A stretch of DNA of 64,000 bases, taken from Marsupella aquatica. Its lineage: Eukaryota; Plantae; Marchantiophyta. The stretch is taken from the NCBI GenBank assembly GCA_973895155.1, contig OZ316892.1:8291251-8355250 (forward strand). The letters are read 5' to 3'. A program made the translations under genes and the position numbers. Of this stretch, positions 61,762-64,000 are shown piece by piece. The notes under the pieces are model-generated. The model saw only the letters and a list, made by a program, of their open reading frames with translations, made no database searches and was not told where the DNA came from. Within the stretch, counting starts at the first letter, position 1. The number at the start of each line of letters is the position of its first letter.

Positions 61762-63940
61762 ATGCTGCAAATGGCCGCTGGAGTGGTGGGACACAGCATG
61801 GACCTTTTCGCAGCGAAGAGTACATCGGCATATTTATATCATGGACACATTGCTCCAGCCCTTCCTGTTCGCCGCCTCTCTCGAAGGTGTTGTAGCACCT
61901 ACACCGGAGAAACTCTCCTCTCTGTTTCGAAATTACGTTTGGCGAAGCCATCAAGTCCTCTGTTGGGTACTCCTCCCAGCAGGGGAGTTATCCGACAGCA
62001 GCTATGCCCAGCACCGATGTCGAGCCGGGATCCTTCGACTGTTGAATCTAGCAAGGAGGTGCAAAGTGGAGAGGTTGTAGAGCAGGAAGTGGAAGCCGAC
62101 CTCCCCGAACGTTGGAAGTGGAGTAAAACTACGGAAGAGCTGGTACGATTTTCTTTCTCGCTTGTTTATCCGTGCCTGATCAACGACTTCTGACATTTCT
62201 TGGTTTGATCGAGACCTACATGGTAGGCCTTTTCCAATCTACGTTTACATCAACTTCGTCGCGTATTGTTTGTTCAATTGTTATCATTGTTAGTCATGAA
62301 TAGATGTTAAGAACATGTCTCTCTACTTTATGGACCTGGTCTTGGCAGCCAAACGGAATTTCGACTCCAATTCGTCGTGTCTTGTCTCTTCACTTACTAC
62401 CACACACTTTGGAAAACTCTCATGTAGAGATGCTAAAGAAAACGCTATCTCCGTTGTTAGGGCCCTCCTTGATGGCCAAATGTACCGTCAAGTTATATTA
62501 CTCGCAATTTGTTTTCTCACTTGTTGTCACTCATCCTGAAAAATAGTTATTAAGAGATGTCAAGAAAAGTTGTTTTACAGTAGCTACAGCAGAGCTCCTT
62601 TGTGGCATCTGGAGTCTTACTACTAGATCCACAGCAAGGCTGGAAAATTCGTTCACGCGTACCTAGCTTCTACATTTGTTGCTAAGTATCTTACATTTGT
62701 AATAAAGTTACATGGGCTGAAAACTGTCGTATTTGCTGTGAGGAAGGCATACTCTGTTAGTCATTTCTATTCCAGTTCCTTAGGTTCGCGATGGTCGTGC
62801 AGGTTGCGTACGGGCTGTTACTTGCTGCGGTTCCCATTGTCCCAATGATTCCCAGATATGAGTGGTCCGGTGCCTTCTATTTCCTCTTCTTAGCAGTGTG
62901 GTCTGTGTATGTGGGCAGTCACCGCAGGTAAAAGATAATACCCATGCCGGACCAATTAAGTACCTTCTGTGTGCCTGTTCGGTCCGTTCTAGTTTGAAGG
63001 AGATATTCGGTTGTCAGTTGTCAATTTAATTACAATTTCTACTGAAGTATGTTGCCATAACGATGCGTGTCTTAATGTTGTGTCAGTCTAGGAAAGAAGC
63101 CTCCACAGAAGGTGTCATTGAAGCAGGGGCTCGCAGTTCCTCTGTTTTGCTCGGCATCACTATTCGGCTTCTACTGCCTGCTCCGTTTCTTCCCCGACCT
63201 TGATGTGCGAACTTTTATTTCTGCATACTTGGGTGTGGCTGGGGCCGCTGCTGTGGCAAGCAACTTGTCTGAGCCTTTGCGCCTTCTTCTTCCAGCCCCT
63301 GATTCCACTTCATGGAAAATTGGTAAAGCCCTTGAGCAAAAAGTGGAACCCGTTCGTTTTGGATCAAAATATGAATGGAAACTTTTACGCAACAAGGCGT
63401 GGAAACCATTCGATCATTAAAGCCGACTCAGTTTTAGTCATTGATTTATAGGTCATAACATCTTAAGTTTGCGATTTTAATCAAGCCCGGCAAAAATTCA
63501 ACTCTGAAACTGTCGTCGCAAGTTTGAATTTGCTCGTCATATTTTTCTATAGTAAAATTTAGACAAGGCGTTTAGCGAAGCTGCTTTTGAGGATGGTAGT
63601 TTTGATCATCTGCAGTACCTACCTAACCTATAGATTGGCACCGAACAAGGATTCAGTGAGAGATTTAGGGTTTAGTTATATGGTGACCCAGAGTAAGCTG
63701 TCGTCTTTAGCTTGCATTCTTGTCACTCCCATCAAAAGCTCAAGCGTCAAGCGTCAAGCGTCTGGCCATTTTGAAATGTTGCTATGACTTCCTTGTCTGG
63801 CTTGTCCATTATGCACTTTAAGACTTATAGTTTCTTCGCGACTTGTCTTGTTATATCAGATTTGCCAAAATGGCTGGTCCAGGATGATGGCTCTCCAGTG
63901 GAAGTGAGTTTTGCTCCAGCAGATATAATAGCTGTTGCTG
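61762..63940 (+). CDS. Signal peptide peptidase-like (peptidase A22B) membrane protease, N-terminal exons; continues beyond the window
   Basis: Exons 61762-62142, 62803-62927 (..LAVWSVYVGSHR), 63087-63322 (SLKQGLAVPLFCSASLFGFYCLLRFF) and 63860-63940 splice in frame. The VYVGS.R and A..P...S..LFG.Y.L motifs are typical of the SPP N-terminal TM region. The catalytic YD/GxGD motifs are outside the window. Confidence 0.8.
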
Positions 63941-64000
63941 GTAATTAAGAACCTATTTACATTTTGCATTTTACATTTTTGTGAATTCTGCATAATTGCA

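Overview
This is eukaryotic, intron-rich land-plant DNA: GT-AG introns, plant-type genes and a short TTTAGGG tract. A non-seed plant such as a bryophyte is my inference, not proven. Four conserved genes can be spliced by eye: an At1g16080-like Rossmann protein (-), organellar (probably mitochondrial) ribosomal protein uL15 (-), NatC auxiliary subunit NAA35/MAK10 (+), and a signal-peptide-peptidase-like gene running off the right edge (+). Between NAA35 and the SPP-like gene lies about 42 kb of shuffled, segmentally duplicated, TE-rich sequence. The main highlight is a ~7.9 kb Mutator-like (MULE) element with ~390 bp terminal inverted repeats (30147-38045). It carries a decayed DDE/SWIM transposase (-) and, convergently, an apparently intact TET/JBP-like 2OG-Fe(II) dioxygenase ORF (+). 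This is a candidate transposon-encoded DNA-base-oxidising (anti-silencing) system in a plant. The second highlight is three paralogues of an unrecognised two-exon ~290 aa Cys/His/Trp-rich beta-strand protein with a tentative resemblance to leukocidin/alpha-hemolysin pore-forming folds. Smaller items include a Helitron and an 8-bp-TSD element, both defined by empty paralogous sites in the window, a dead copy of an NAA35 exon, and a tandem array carrying a tRNA B-box-like motif. All assignments are from motif recognition, without database searches.
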